From a virus (Duplodnaviria > Heunggongvirae > Uroviricota > Caudoviricetes), in the IMG/VR virus record IMGVR_UViG_3300029906_000003, positions 1-64,000 of that record: a stretch of 64,000 nucleotides of DNA. The stretch is one strand, 5' to 3'. Below, piece after piece: positions 11,201 to 22,183 of this stretch (its first letter is position 1; the number at the start of each line of letters is the position of its first letter). Both the position numbers and the translations under genes were made by a program. The notes under the pieces were generated by a model, which saw only the letters and a list, made by a program, of their open reading frames with translations, did no database searches and had not been told where the DNA came from.

Positions 11201-14200
11201 GAAATTGCTGCTGATACTCGTGATGTAGCTAGAGCATATCGTTATACCTTCAATGATGGTCTTGACGGAACTAATTCTAATGCGGGCTTCGGCTTCATTG
11301 ACTACACTCCTGCTATTGTTACAGAGAAAGATGGAAGTACGGATTTCTCACCTTTGTATATTGGAGAGCCAGAAAAAGAGTCTCAAGCTGCTACTAAGAA
11401 GTATGTCGATGATACTATTGCGGCTGTTAATGCTCCTGAATATACTTTAGCTAAGCAGACCGCAGCAGAAGATGGATATTTCGCCACTTATTATCTGACC
11501 AAAGATAGTGTGCAAGTTGGCGAAAAGATTAATATCCCTAAAGACTACCTAGTTAAAGAAGCAGAATTGTTAGAAGTTGCGGTAACTGATACTCCTTATA
11601 GCGGAGCTGTGATTGGTGACAAGTACATTGACTTTACAATTAATACACAAGCCTCTGATGAAGATGAGCAGCATATCTACTTGCCCGTTAAGGACTTGGT
11701 TGATGTCTATACTGGCGGCAATGGTATAAACATTGACGCATCTAATATTGTAAGTGTTTAGATTGATGCGGCAAATAGTAATGGACTAGCTCTGGGTAGC
11801 GCAGGACTCAAATTAAATCTTGCGACCACGAGCGCCGCAGGAGCTATGAGTGCGGCAGATAAGACTAAATTAGATACTGCAATAAGCGAAGAACAATTAA
11901 CTGCGGTTGAGAATGAAGTTGATACTCTTCAAACAGAAGTAAATAATATTAAGAGCGGGACAACTGACCTTGGTTATTTGAAAGCAACTGACCCAAGTTA
12001 CACAGGAATTATGACTGGTGTCGATGCTACATTCAGTGGAAATGTAGTTGTTCCCGCACCTGATACAGATAATGAAGCTGCTAACAAGAGTTATGTTGAT
12101 ACCGCTATAAGTGGAGCTAAGACAGAGCTTGAAGGAGATATAAGCACTATTCAACAAACTGTTACCGCTGTGCAAGGAACTGTATCTGGTTTTGAGAGTG
12201 AAATTGAAACTCTTACACAAGCCGTAAATAATATTACTAATGGAACAACAGAACTTCCTTATATTAAGGATTCTGGAGATTCTGTTAGTGGTAATTATAG
12301 CTTCAATGGCACTGTTACTGATATTGCATCTCGTACTTCTAATCTTCAGCTTGCCAATTTAAATACTGCTCCTGACCAATGGATAGATGCTGAATATGCT
12401 AATATCAAATACAATTCTACAAATAAGAGAGTAGACTTCAGCCTCATGACCAATACTGGTCTTACTACTAATGGAGTTAAAGTCAGTGGTGCAGAGCCTG
12501 AAGGAACTAATGACTTTACTACTAAAAATTATGTAGATACTAAAGTAACAGACCTTCAGAATAACAAGCTGAATAAAAATAATCCTGCCTTTACTGGCAC
12601 TATTACAGGAGCCAATGCTAGCTTCGCTGGGACATTAACTGGCAATGCAGCAACATTTTCTGGCGGGGTTACTGTACCTCTTGAACCAGGCGAAGAAGGA
12701 AGTGCTACTTCTAAAAAGTATGTTGACAACCAGATTGCTTCTATTGATGTCAGTGAACAAATTGAGCCATTAACTCAAAGAGTCACCGCTGTAGAAGGAG
12801 AAGTTGATACCCTTCAATCTAATGTTGGAACTATTGAAACCAATATCACTAATATTACTAATGGGACAACAGAGCTTCCTTATGTTAAAAAAAGTGGAGA
12901 CACAGTAACTGGCTTGCTTACTCTTGAGCAAGGGGTAAAGAATGTCAACACAGATGACCCCTCTTATGAAACTAATCTAAGTTCTAATGGATTTACTTTT
13001 AAACATGATTCAACAGTAAAAATGCTTAGCCTTCAGGGCAACAAATTAAAATTCTCAGACGCAACTGCTCAAACTTTAGTTCCAGTTGAAGTAGGAACGC
13101 CTATTGAAGATAAAGACGCAGCTACTAAGGGATATGTAGATGAAAATACTTCTCCTTTGTATACGAAGTCTAGCTTTGGTGTAAATATATTTGGATAGCC
13201 CCTAGGCGAAGAAAGCCTAGGAGTTTTCGTAGATAATGTTAAGACTGAAAAGCCTTTATATGGATTAACTCTGTATGGAGACTCGTCTCAAGAACATTAC
13301 GAAGGATATAACTTATTAAATCCTGATAATATTACTGAGAATGTAGGATATAGTGATACTGGTACATCAGAGACTAAACAAGGCGTCTTCAGTATAAAGT
13401 TTGTATTTGAAGAAGGTCAGGATTATGCGTTTGTTCTTGCATGGGATATCAGTAAGAATTTTGAAGAATACTTGTCTCAATTAAATATATTCTATTATAA
13501 TGCTGGACAATCTTTTGTTAGGAAGGAAACCGTCTATTTGGGAAGCCGATATGAGCAATTATTCAATAGTTATACCAACTCTGCTCATTCTGGATATGTA
13601 TATATTGAATTGACTCCTAAAGAGAGTTTTACCCTTACAAAAGAATTTATTACGAATAACTTTATGATTCTTTTAATTGAAAACCGAGCTTTCCCTTTTG
13701 AACCTTATACAGGTAAAAATCCAGCTCCTTCTCTTATATATCCAACTGATATAACAGGTATAGAAGAGAATCCTGTATTATTTGATTATGGACAATTATA
13801 TACGCAAAATAACAGTGGCTCTTCTTCAATTGATTTTGAAAATTTAGGCAAGATACATTTGCCTACTATAACTTCTCCTTTGTATGGAGGTTATCTGGGA
13901 AATATGAGCACTTATAGCGAATCGCCCAATATTATTATGAATTCAATTGCTAGAGCTTCATTTGATAGTGCTACAATATGTAATAATGGTTTAGAAGACT
14001 GTATTTATTATATAGACAAACGTGATTATAAAAAGGGAAAGGATATTAGAGTATTTAAGACTTTAACTATTAATCCTACAGAAGTAAGCGATTACATTAC
14101 TGATGGCGGGGCTTTAGGAAATGGTCATAAGTTTATTCTTAATGTAAATGATAATGTTAAGTTTGAAAATTATAGTTTGAATGACTTAAATGAAAAAGAA

Positions 14201-16123
14201 GAAAAGCTTTTAGTGGTTGTTCCCGTGAATGGTTTTGTTGACTACAATGAAATTGATAGATGGCATCAAAGAATCTGGTGTAACTATTTACAATCTGCTG
14301 ATTTTGAATTTGTTAGTAACCTTGAAGAAGAAAATCCAGAACCAACTACTTCTTATGATACAATTTATTATGATTATGATATTCAAAAGGGTGACGACCC
14401 TTCTAATATAACAATCTCTTTGTCAAATATTGCCATTTATACTACTAGAGCAACAACAGTGGAAGAATTTGCGGCCTTTATTACGACTCCAATGCAAATT
14501 GTATACGCTTTGGATGAACCTGTTGAAACAGATATTCCAGAAGATGAATTACTTAACTTAGATAATATCCATATTAAGAATAATAGCTTATATACTATAC
14601 TGTCAGAAGATATAAACGAAGAGAATCTAAATAGTAATACCGTTAAGATTATTGACTTCGATATTACTTATTATAGAGTTCCTTCTTCCAATGGTGACAT
14701 ATATCCAATTGAAAATCTTAATACTCTGGAGCTCTTTAGCTATAAGGCATTGGCTACTTCCAGTGATAATTCAATAGAAATAAATAATATTAAAGATAAG
14801 CTGACTATTGCAAACCGTGCTGTTTTTATTGGCGATTCAATTTCTCAGGGATATGATAATGATGATTATAGTTTCGTTGATATTTTTAAAAAGAATGACG
14901 ATTTCTCTGGTGTTACTAAATTAGCTGTTGGAGGAGCTACATTAGGTCCTTATCAGATAGTTTCTGAAGCTTCTGGTTATAGTTGTCTTGAACAAATTCA
15001 AGCAAATGAATCTGCGATTTCAGGTGCCAATTTCTGCTTCTTACAGTTCTGCATTAATGATGTAAAATGCTTGGTTTCTAAGAATATCCAGATTGGAACT
15101 CCTTCTGAGACTAGTGCAATAACTACTGTTTGTGGCTATTTGAAGAAGTGTATTGAATTACTGTATACTTATAATCCTACTATTTCTATTGTATTTATTA
15201 ATCTCGCAACTAATGAGCCTGTAATTGATATGATATGGGACAATGAAGTAAATAGCGATGCTGATAAGTATAAATTCTATCATAAAGTTTGGAATCTCAG
15301 CATAGCAGAAGTTCTTGAACAGTATAATATTCCTATGATTAATATCTTTGATTGGACAAGTATAAATGCAAATAACTTTAGCAATTATACAGTTCATACA
15401 GCAGATGGTACTCATTTGAATACAGCTGGAAATACTCTTGCTTATTATCGTATTAAGAATGCTCTTTGGAATGAATCTGAGAAGTCTTATCCAACTCAGC
15501 CAAAGAATTTAATCATTGATGCAACATTAGGCGGAAATATTGGAGTAGAGAATATTGAAAGAATTAAAAACGCTTTTGACAATAATATTCAAGTCTTCTT
15601 CAATCTGAAAGAAAACGAAGATAGTACTGAAGATTTAATTGTCCCTGTTAATTTTAGTTCTGATGTTGGATATGGTTCTCATTTCACATTGGCTCAGGAT
15701 AGCAAATTGTATTTGTATGAATTATAGACAAATACCGTTGGCCAAATTACTTATACATCTTATAATATAACTGATATGAAGGCTAATATTGACATTGCTT
15801 TAGAGGCTGGAACAGAGAAGCTTGAAACTCTTAAGTCTTATTCTGGTGCTACTTATACAATAGATTCTATGAAGCCAAATACTTTGTACAACTTACGCAA
15901 TGTTGACTTACCAACTATTACTGTTACAGCTTTTGAGGCACCAAGTAGTACAGAATATGTTTCTACATATCATATGATTTTCCAGAGTAATGTTACTCCT
16001 GTAATTCTTAATCTGCCAAGTAGTGTTATTTATCCAGAAGATTTTACAATAGAAACTAAGCATATCTATGAAATTAATATCATGGATAATCTGTTAAGCT
16101 ATCAGAGCTGGCCTATGGAATAA
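8297..16123 (+). CDS. giant tail-fiber-like protein (about 2600 aa) with about 13 NGTTELPY-type repeats and a C-terminal SGNH/GDSL esterase domain. It contains at least 12 in-frame TAG codons.
   Basis: Track ORFs 8297-8557, 9140-9385, 9563-9889, 9974-10174, 10277-11761, 11846-13198, 13472-15727 and 15776-16123 are all in one frame and separated only by TAG. Repeats NITNGTTELPY[IV]K, ATKKYVD and AIDVSEQIEPL recur. GDSL motif AVFIGDSISQGY. RBS AAAGAGGTGA. Single gene 8297-15727 versus fusion with 15776-16123 is uncertain. Confidence 0.7.
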
Positions 16124-16134
16124 GAGGTGAGACT

Positions 16135-16859
16135 ATGAATAGTTTAACACGTCGTAGAGTCTTGAAAACGATAACGGGAGGGGGTATCAACTCCATAACT
16201 CGTAATATTTTAGTACAAGAGAAAGATTGCTTGTCAGGAGAAACTTTTGAAGAAAATATGGAATTCACTTCTGCTTATGGAAGTACAGTTGTTGTATATA
16301 TGGATTTTACTTTTACAAGAACTTATACTTCAATAAACAATATTATAGCTATGGGGCGTAATCCTAATACTTGGACAGATGACTCAATAAGACTCTTTGC
16401 TGATACAAACGACCAACTTCTTATTGTTCCTTTTATTAGTTCTGCCCAAACAAACTTCGACGCACCTCCTTTTACTGGGAAAAGAAATAAACTGATTTGT
16501 AAAATTGTTTACCCAACTAGGACAGAAAAAATTCAAACAACAAATATTATGGGTTAGACTCGTAAAATTTCTTATGCCAGTTACACTAATCCAACAGTTA
16601 CTGTCTGGTTAAATGGCCAAGCTGTTTGTACAAATTTTTCTATTTCTGGCAACGGAAGACAAGAGTGTTTAGAAACAGGCTGGTTTGCACAATTCTGGCA
16701 GATTGAAAGCGGATATACGGAAGGTAACTGGGATGCTATTATGGGAGTGAACACCATCTCAAACAAAGAAGGAACTAATAGATTCTATGGAACCTACCAT
16801 GAAATTAGCATAATACAACAAGACTTATCAGATGAAGAACTTTTGGCATTAACAATTTA
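16135..16859 (+). CDS. hypothetical virion-associated protein with 1 in-frame TAG
   Basis: track ORF 16135-16557 ends at TAG and the same frame stays open to TAA 16857-9. Confidence 0.5.
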
Positions 16860-16974
16860 ATGAAGGTAATGTCATGATTGAAGTTAGACGCAGACTCGCA
16901 AGTAATGGGGGGGTAAATAACATACTTCCTATAATTGCGGGATATAAAAGATTGATAAACTTATTAAAAAATAA

Positions 16975-17003
16975 AAAAGAGGGAGCAAATGCTCCCTCTC
17001 TTT
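16975..17003. terminator. bidirectional terminator hairpin
   Basis: aaaaaagagggagcaaatgctccctctctttt between convergent genes. Confidence 0.55.
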
Positions 17004-17005
17004 TC

Positions 17006-18535
17006 TTATGCCATATCAATTACCTTATACCGCTCGCCATCCAGAACTTCATACATCAAATCAGTTCCCGTTTTGCCACTCAAAACCTGCTTGAAGATGA
17101 TGGGGCTGCATCCAGATACATAAGTGATATTAGGGCCATCATCCAGAATGTCAGCATTCCCCGTAGCATTCACATTCCAATACACGAGTTTAGGCAGGGT
17201 AAGGCCATGTGCCGCCCACTTCTCTCGCATATTTTCCATCATAGTTCGCGGATTAGGCTTCTGCGTAGAATATCTGTACACACCACGCGCCGAATCAATC
17301 TGCATATCGCTAATAACAACAAGAGTCTTAGGAATATCTTCCTTTCGAACACCAGGTTGCGTAGCAATCTTCAACAGCAAATCAAAGGTGGCTTCGAGGT
17401 TGGTGTTATCTACGAGATTAGTTCTATAGATACGATTAACCTTATCAACAAAGTCTACGCCTTCAATTTTAATCAACTGCGGGCGAGAAGCAAAAGAAAT
17501 ATAATTGTTCTGGAAAGGACCGCGGCAACGCTCACCGCAGTAGATGCCGAGCGAAATGGCTACGTCAATGGGACGCACAGCATTACCGTAAGTCATGGAA
17601 CCAGAGGTATCCACAACGCACATCATGCTAGATTCCTTGCCCTCAAAGTAATCAGGAAGATTTTCCCAATACTTATTAACAGCAAGCCGCTCAACAGAAT
17701 CGTAATCTGCGGCCTTCACGAATCTCCCATACCGATCCATATGAACGAGGTCAAGGGTCTTCTTAACTACGTCATACGGATAAAGGGTGGCCGCATTGAC
17801 CTTTTTAGTTTCGTCCTTAATGAAAGCCTCATACTCAGCCTTCAAAATGTCGCGGCGGGCAAATGCGTTCTTGTAGATAAGACCTGCACGAGACGGAATC
17901 TTATCAAACATATCCGCAATCTCATCCCAGCGGTTGGCGGACATGAGCTTCTCAAGCACCTTAATGCGCTCACGCAGAATGCTAAGTACCTTCCGATACT
18001 GACGAGAGGTCATACCCAAGTACTTCCGCACATCATGAGCCAGCGCAATGGTCTTGGCCGCACTCGCGTTCTCGGAAGGCAGCCACTTAGCCAGCAAAGA
18101 AGGGGCCTTGCACTCCATATCCAAAGCCAGCTGATGCTTGACAATCTTCATTGCATCATTCCAAAGCTGAGTGCCCTGAGTAATGTACAGAAGGTCGTCC
18201 CAGCGGCCATATTCGGGGATGAACCCAAGATTATGCTTAGCCGCATCCTTGTTATAGCCGATTAGCCAACGATAACAGGTACGAAAGTACCGACGCTCGC
18301 CTTGGCCTCCGCGCACATCCCTTTCATAGAACAAACACTTCAGCGCATAGACGGGATTCTCATCAAACGCATTCTTAAACAAAAGAATGCAATCTTCATC
18401 CGGTCTATTCCGCATCGCGCCCGCATGAGCAAACATATCATACAGAGCTTCGCCCGTACTCTTATGTGCCAGCCCGCCATTCTGGGTGAGGCCATAGTTT
18501 GCAGACTTGTTCATCTCATTCATAAAAGTATTCAT
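17006..18535 (-). CDS. vWA-domain protein (DUF2828/TROVE-like architecture)
   Basis: VVDTSGSM MIDAS motif; 509 aa; the overlapping + ORF 16874-18265 is a shadow ORF. Confidence 0.65.
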   Translation of the reverse strand: MNTFMNEMNKSANYGLTQNGGLAHKSTGEALYDMFAHAGAMRNRPDEDCILLFKNAFDENPVYALKCLFYERDVRGGQGERRYFRTCYRWLIGYNKDAAKHNLGFIPEYGRWDDLLYITQGTQLWNDAMKIVKHQLALDMECKAPSLLAKWLPSENASAAKTIALAHDVRKYLGMTSRQYRKVLSILRERIKVLEKLMSANRWDEIADMFDKIPSRAGLIYKNAFARRDILKAEYEAFIKDETKKVNAATLYPYDVVKKTLDLVHMDRYGRFVKAADYDSVERLAVNKYWENLPDYFEGKESSMMCVVDTSGSMTYGNAVRPIDVAISLGIYCGERCRGPFQNNYISFASRPQLIKIEGVDFVDKVNRIYRTNLVDNTNLEATFDLLLKIATQPGVRKEDIPKTLVVISDMQIDSARGVYRYSTQKPNPRTMMENMREKWAAHGLTLPKLVYWNVNATGNADILDDGPNITYVSGCSPIIFKQVLSGKTGTDLMYEVLDGERYKVIDMA

Positions 18536-18589
18536 AACTTTTCTCCTTTTCTCTTGCTGTAAAAATCTTATCCTAGATTTCTGTATTAC

Positions 18590-19066
18590 TTACTTTGCTC
18601 TTGCCATCTTGCTGTCAAGGTCTTCGATATAATTTGCCACCTTATCATACAGCTTCTTAGCTTCTTTCAGCTTCTTTGCAGCCAGACGCCGCTTGTCCTT
18701 GTAATATTTGCCCAACATTTTGTTCCGAGCAACCTTCATACCTTCTTTCAGATTGAAAGTATCATCAACAGAACAATAAGCTACGCCCTTATAGACTTCA
18801 TTCATATAATAATTAGTATCTGAAAAATAGCTACTTTCCAGAGTTGAAACGTATCCATTGACGACTCGACCAATATCGCGATCATACATATCACCCAGCG
18901 CGTCACAAGCGCAATCGCCCCAGTTCTCATCTTCCTTGCCCATGATTGCAATTACGATTCCCTTATACGGATGGCCGCAATACACGCCCTGGGCCGTTTC
19001 ATCGTAATAATATGCAATCCGATGAGTTTTATCCGCAGGCAGATACTTCATATTATTATTAGCCAT
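18590..19066 (-). CDS. hypothetical protein
   Basis: ORF track; RBS AGGAGAA. Confidence 0.5.
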   Translation of the reverse strand: MANNNMKYLPADKTHRIAYYYDETAQGVYCGHPYKGIVIAIMGKEDENWGDCACDALGDMYDRDIGRVVNGYVSTLESSYFSDTNYYMNEVYKGVAYCSVDDTFNLKEGMKVARNKMLGKYYKDKRRLAAKKLKEAKKLYDKVANYIEDLDSKMARAK

Positions 19067-19087
19067 TTTATTTTCTCCTTTTTTCTC

Positions 19088-19525
19088 TTAAACAATAGAA
19101 CTGAAATAATCAGTTACAACCTTATTCACCAACTTACCGTCAGCTTTTCCTTTTACTTTTGCCATAATCGCTTTCATAAACTTACCTTTATCTTTCGCGG
19201 AAAAAGGATAAAGTTCCTTAGCGACCTGCAAAACAATGACATGAATTTCATCTTCTGTCATCATGCGCGGCAAGTATTTATCAATCACACTAATCTCATA
19301 ATTGATTGTCTTTAGTTCTTCATCTGTGCGGGCGTAGCCTCTGTTTTCAAGAAGCGCGTTCTTTTCTTTGCGGAACGCGTTATAGATTTCATCAACGCCG
19401 CCCCCATCTTTTTCTACTTTCTTAGCAACAGACAGCAAATAAGAATAAATCTTCTCCGCGGGCTTGTCACCATTTTTTAAAGCTTCGATTCTGCGGTCAT
19501 TTAAATTTCTAATCATATTCTTCAT
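19088..19525 (-). CDS. GatB/YqeY-domain protein
   Basis: the EISVIDKYLP...MTEDEIHVIV...GKFMKAIMAKVKGKADG pattern matches YqeY/GatB C-terminal domain family. Confidence 0.55.
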   Translation of the reverse strand: MKNMIRNLNDRRIEALKNGDKPAEKIYSYLLSVAKKVEKDGGGVDEIYNAFRKEKNALLENRGYARTDEELKTINYEISVIDKYLPRMMTEDEIHVIVLQVAKELYPFSAKDKGKFMKAIMAKVKGKADGKLVNKVVTDYFSSIV

Positions 19526-19764
19526 TACTTATTATACCAAATTACATTCTTATATATTCTTGCTTTTGTTAGGAAATTTTCCAAATCAAATAAATCTACT
19601 TCATCTTTTTCCTCCAAAGATTCATTAAGAAAGAATCCATATCCACTCTCCGTATCAAAGATTCCCATAATAACTCCCGTAAGGAACTCATTAACAGGAA
19701 CAATATTTGCGTATGGAGCTATCTCACAAGTCAAGATAAACATAATGTTCACCATCAATAACAA
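19525..19764 (-). CDS. hypothetical small protein overlapping the upstream gene in another frame; could be a frameshift product
   Basis: ORF track; TAATG overlap with the downstream start. Confidence 0.25.
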   Translation of the reverse strand: MLLMVNIMFILTCEIAPYANIVPVNEFLTGVIMGIFDTESGYGFFLNESLEEKDEVDLFDLENFLTKARIYKNVIWYNK

Positions 19765-20035
19765 AGTTCAAACTCTTAAGAAAAGCTCTGAACATATTCC
19801 GAATCGTGGCGGCGTCCTCTTCATCCTTGGACGCACCCTCATATGGCATTTCCTTAAACAAAGAAAATCTCAGGCTCACCTGTGTATCGGGAGAGACTGC
19901 GCCCGCGCTCACATTTTTAGCAAGCTCTTTCTCCTTCAAGTCAGGATACTGCTCATAAAATGCTTCAAGGGCTTCCTGAAAATTAATATGAATAAATGGC
20001 CCCTTTACAAAAAGTTTTTCCTTTTTCTTTGCCAT
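19724..20035 (-). CDS. hypothetical protein
   Basis: ORF track; TGA stop. Confidence 0.5.
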   Translation of the reverse strand: MAKKKEKLFVKGPFIHINFQEALEAFYEQYPDLKEKELAKNVSAGAVSPDTQVSLRFSLFKEMPYEGASKDEEDAATIRNMFRAFLKSLNFVIDGEHYVYLDL

Positions 20036-20175
20036 AAGTTATTTCTCCTTTTGTTTTCTTATGTATAAATTATATCATAAAAAAGGAAAATAATCAATAA
20101 GCAATTTTATTTTTTAAACAATAGAAAAAAGAAAAAGAGACGCGGCAGCTCGTGCCTTACGTCTCTAGTTGCGTT

Positions 20176-20249
20176 GGAGCAGGATACCAGACTCGAACTG
20201 GCGCTGTATGATTGGAAGTCATAAATGCTACCACTACACCAATCCTGCA
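20176..20249 (-). tRNA. tRNA-Gly(UCC)
   Basis: cloverleaf folded by hand: acceptor GCAGGAT/ATCCTGC, anticodon stem TATGA/TCATA with loop CTTCCAA, T-loop TTCGAGT, U73, CCA encoded. Confidence 0.8.
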
Positions 20250-20254
20250 TATGT

Positions 20255-20328
20255 GGAGCCGCCACGAAGAATCGAACTCCGATACGCTCATTACAAGTGA
20301 GCAGTTCTACCGTTAAACTATGGCGGCA
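20255..20328 (-). tRNA. tRNA-Thr(UGU)
   Basis: acceptor GCCGCCA/TGGCGGC, anticodon stem GCTCA/TGAGC, loop CTTGTAA, T-loop TTCGATT. Confidence 0.85.
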
Positions 20329-20406
20329 TAATTACTAGAGACTAAAAATAAATGGAGGTTTTTTCAGAACCGATTTATAAAATAAAATTTGCTGTGAGTC
20401 TCTAAT

Positions 20407-20482
20407 GGAGCACATGGGAATCGAACCCATCTGACTTCTTCCTTGCAAGGGAAGCGAACACCCCATGCATTCCCGTACCCCA
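20407..20482 (-). tRNA. tRNA-Ala(UGC)
   Basis: acceptor GGGGTAC/GTGCTCC with G3:U70, anticodon stem CTTCC/GGAAG, loop CTTGCAA, T-arm ATGGG-TTCGATT-CCCAT; CCA not encoded. Confidence 0.7.
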
Positions 20483-20485
20483 TAT

Positions 20486-20561
20486 GGTTGCAACTCGGAG
20501 ACTTGAACTCCAATCCTTCGATTATCAGTCGAAAGTTTTAACCGGTTAAACTAAGTCGCAT
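20486..20561 (-). tRNA. tRNA-Ile(GAU)
   Basis: anticodon stem TTCGA/TCGAA, loop CTGATAA, T-loop TTCAAGT, CCA. Confidence 0.85.
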
Positions 20562-20636
20562 TATAAAAACTAGAGAGCTTCAAAAATAAATCCAAGTCTT
20601 GTTATTTGATACCTCTTGCTGTAACTCTCTAATGGT

Positions 20637-20725
20637 GGTGCGCCCTGGGGGAATCGAACCCTCACAATGCGATAGCGTCTGAAGATTAGAAGTCAACTGT
20701 TTTATCCAATTAAACTAAGAGCGCT
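20637..20725 (-). tRNA. tRNA-like, type II architecture, anticodon arm does not pair (probable pseudo-tRNA)
   Basis: good acceptor GCGCTCT/AGGGCGC, D-arm GTTT..AAAC and T-arm, but no pairing around ..GTTGACTTCTAATCTTCAG.. Confidence 0.3.
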
Positions 20726-20958
20726 TAAATATAATTGATGAAAGAATTATTTTTGAACAGTCTTACTAATTCTGCGCTATCTACATCATTCAATCGGTTA
20801 GCAAGTTTATTAAGAATCTTAACAGTGCTCTCATTGTAATCTCCTTTATTAAGGATCTTAATAATTTCATCTTTTGCCGCAGAACTGTCCATAATGTACA
20901 AATTTAAAAGATTATCACTTGTAATTTTAGGATAAATAGTCATTCTATTCCCCTTCAA
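20725..20958 (-). CDS. hypothetical small protein
   Basis: ORF track. Confidence 0.4.
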   Translation of the reverse strand: MKGNRMTIYPKITSDNLLNLYIMDSSAAKDEIIKILNKGDYNESTVKILNKLANRLNDVDSAELVRLFKNNSFINYI

Positions 20959-21028
20959 GGCATAATATATTATTTTTTATTTTTCCAGAATAATAATTAA
21001 AAATTGCTGTATATGCCTTCATGGCTGA

Positions 21029-21664
21029 TTATAAATATCTCCATTCATATCCGTAAGCAGTTTTTCTTTTCCCTCTACAAGCAGCAGATATATGACTAAT
21101 GACTCCATTTATTTTTGAAAAAGTAATTCCTTCTTCGATTAAATATCTTGCAGCATCACTCATAGATAAGAATGTTCTTACGGGTAAATTATTTTTATAA
21201 GCAATAACTTTTTTAGAGCAGATTTCTTTCTGAAAAGAGTTATCTTTTATTCTAGGAACTCCTCTCGATTCTAAAATATTATATACTGAATCTACACAAA
21301 TATTCAAAGTATCTGCTACTTTTACACAGTTGTGTAAATTTTGATAAGTTTCAACAACTAAATCATAATCAATATATTTCTTTCCATCTCCTCCTAAAGT
21401 TGCATTATACCCGTTATGGTAAGAACCATAATATTGAATCCAATATCGCTCTCTCTCTTCTGAATTATCTGTTTCTTCAATCAGCTCAATATGGAAATGT
21501 TCTGGTCCATATTTATTCATTGCTGCATATAAAGGGCGCTTTTCGCATTTTTCTCTTTTATAGTCACAAAGATGCTCTTTAAATCTTGATTGAATACTCT
21601 ATTCTGTTTTTCCAATATAGATTTTCTAATTAATGTCGTTTGTAATTTTGTAGATGTATGCCAT
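21029..21664 (-). CDS. GIY-YIG homing endonuclease (I-TevI-like) with 2 in-frame TAG codons inside the GIY-YIG motif
   Basis: Track ORF 21029-21520 extended upstream gives MAYIYKITNDIN[TAG]KIYIGKTE[TAG]SIQSRFKEH. The ERERYWIQYYGS..NGYNATLGG region and the C-terminal ..AYGYEWRYL match I-TevI family. RBS AAGGAG. Confidence 0.75.
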
Positions 21665-21756
21665 ACTTAAATAGCTCCTTTCTATATGGTTCATTCTGTT
21701 AAAATAATAAAATATTTTTATCCAGGCGCACCACGTGGAGGAAAACCTTTGCGCCC

Positions 21757-21852
21757 TCGAGGCGGTGGGATTCGAACCCACATACTAGGGGTCAGAGCCC
21801 TAGGCTGTGAATGTTTTAGAGACATTTGCTGAACCAATTTAGCTACGCCTCG
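21757..21852 (-). tRNA. suppressor tRNA, anticodon CUA (reads UAG), long variable arm (type II), A73
   Basis: acceptor CGAGGCG/CGCCTCG, D-stem GCT/AGC, anticodon stem AATGT/ACATT with loop CTCTAAA (CUA at 34-36), variable arm hairpin CTAGGG-CTCTGAC-CCCTAG, T-arm GTGGG-TTCGAAT-CCCAC; CCA not encoded. Confidence 0.7.
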
Positions 21853-21991
21853 TTACGATACGAGAGGCAATTTACTTATGGTAATACAATCTTTTTTCCT
21901 TGTACTTTATCGCATATATTTGCTGTCTGTCTCTCTTTGTATTTATATTATATCATAATTTTAATTTTATGTCAATAGAATTTTTTAAATA

Positions 21992-22183
21992 TTAAAGAAC
22001 TCCGCGCCGATGAAGTTCATGGCAAATGATATTATACCTTGAAACAATAGCAGAGAAATTAATATACTTGGCTTTTACAGACTCTTCAATTACATTCCAC
22101 AGTTTATCTCGTTCTCTCATTAAACGTTCAGTCGAAAGCTCATTAGGAAAATGAGTCTCAACATTGTACATCTTTTCGTTCAT
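21992..22183 (-). CDS. hypothetical small protein
   Basis: ORF track. Confidence 0.4.
   Translation of the reverse strand: MNEKMYNVETHFPNELSTERLMRERDKLWNVIEESVKAKYINFSAIVSRYNIICHELHRRGVL

Noticed and set aside
8297-13200. Tandem DNA repeats or a CRISPR-like array suggested by the recurring NGTTELPY-coding units
   Set aside because: The repeats are at protein level with diverged nucleotide sequence and variable spacing. They are in frame inside one ORF. There are no direct repeats of fixed length and no cas genes.
16874-18265. 463-aa ORF on the + strand
   Set aside because: Fully overlapped by the 509-aa vWA gene on the - strand; the Arg/Leu-rich low-complexity translation is typical of an antisense shadow ORF.
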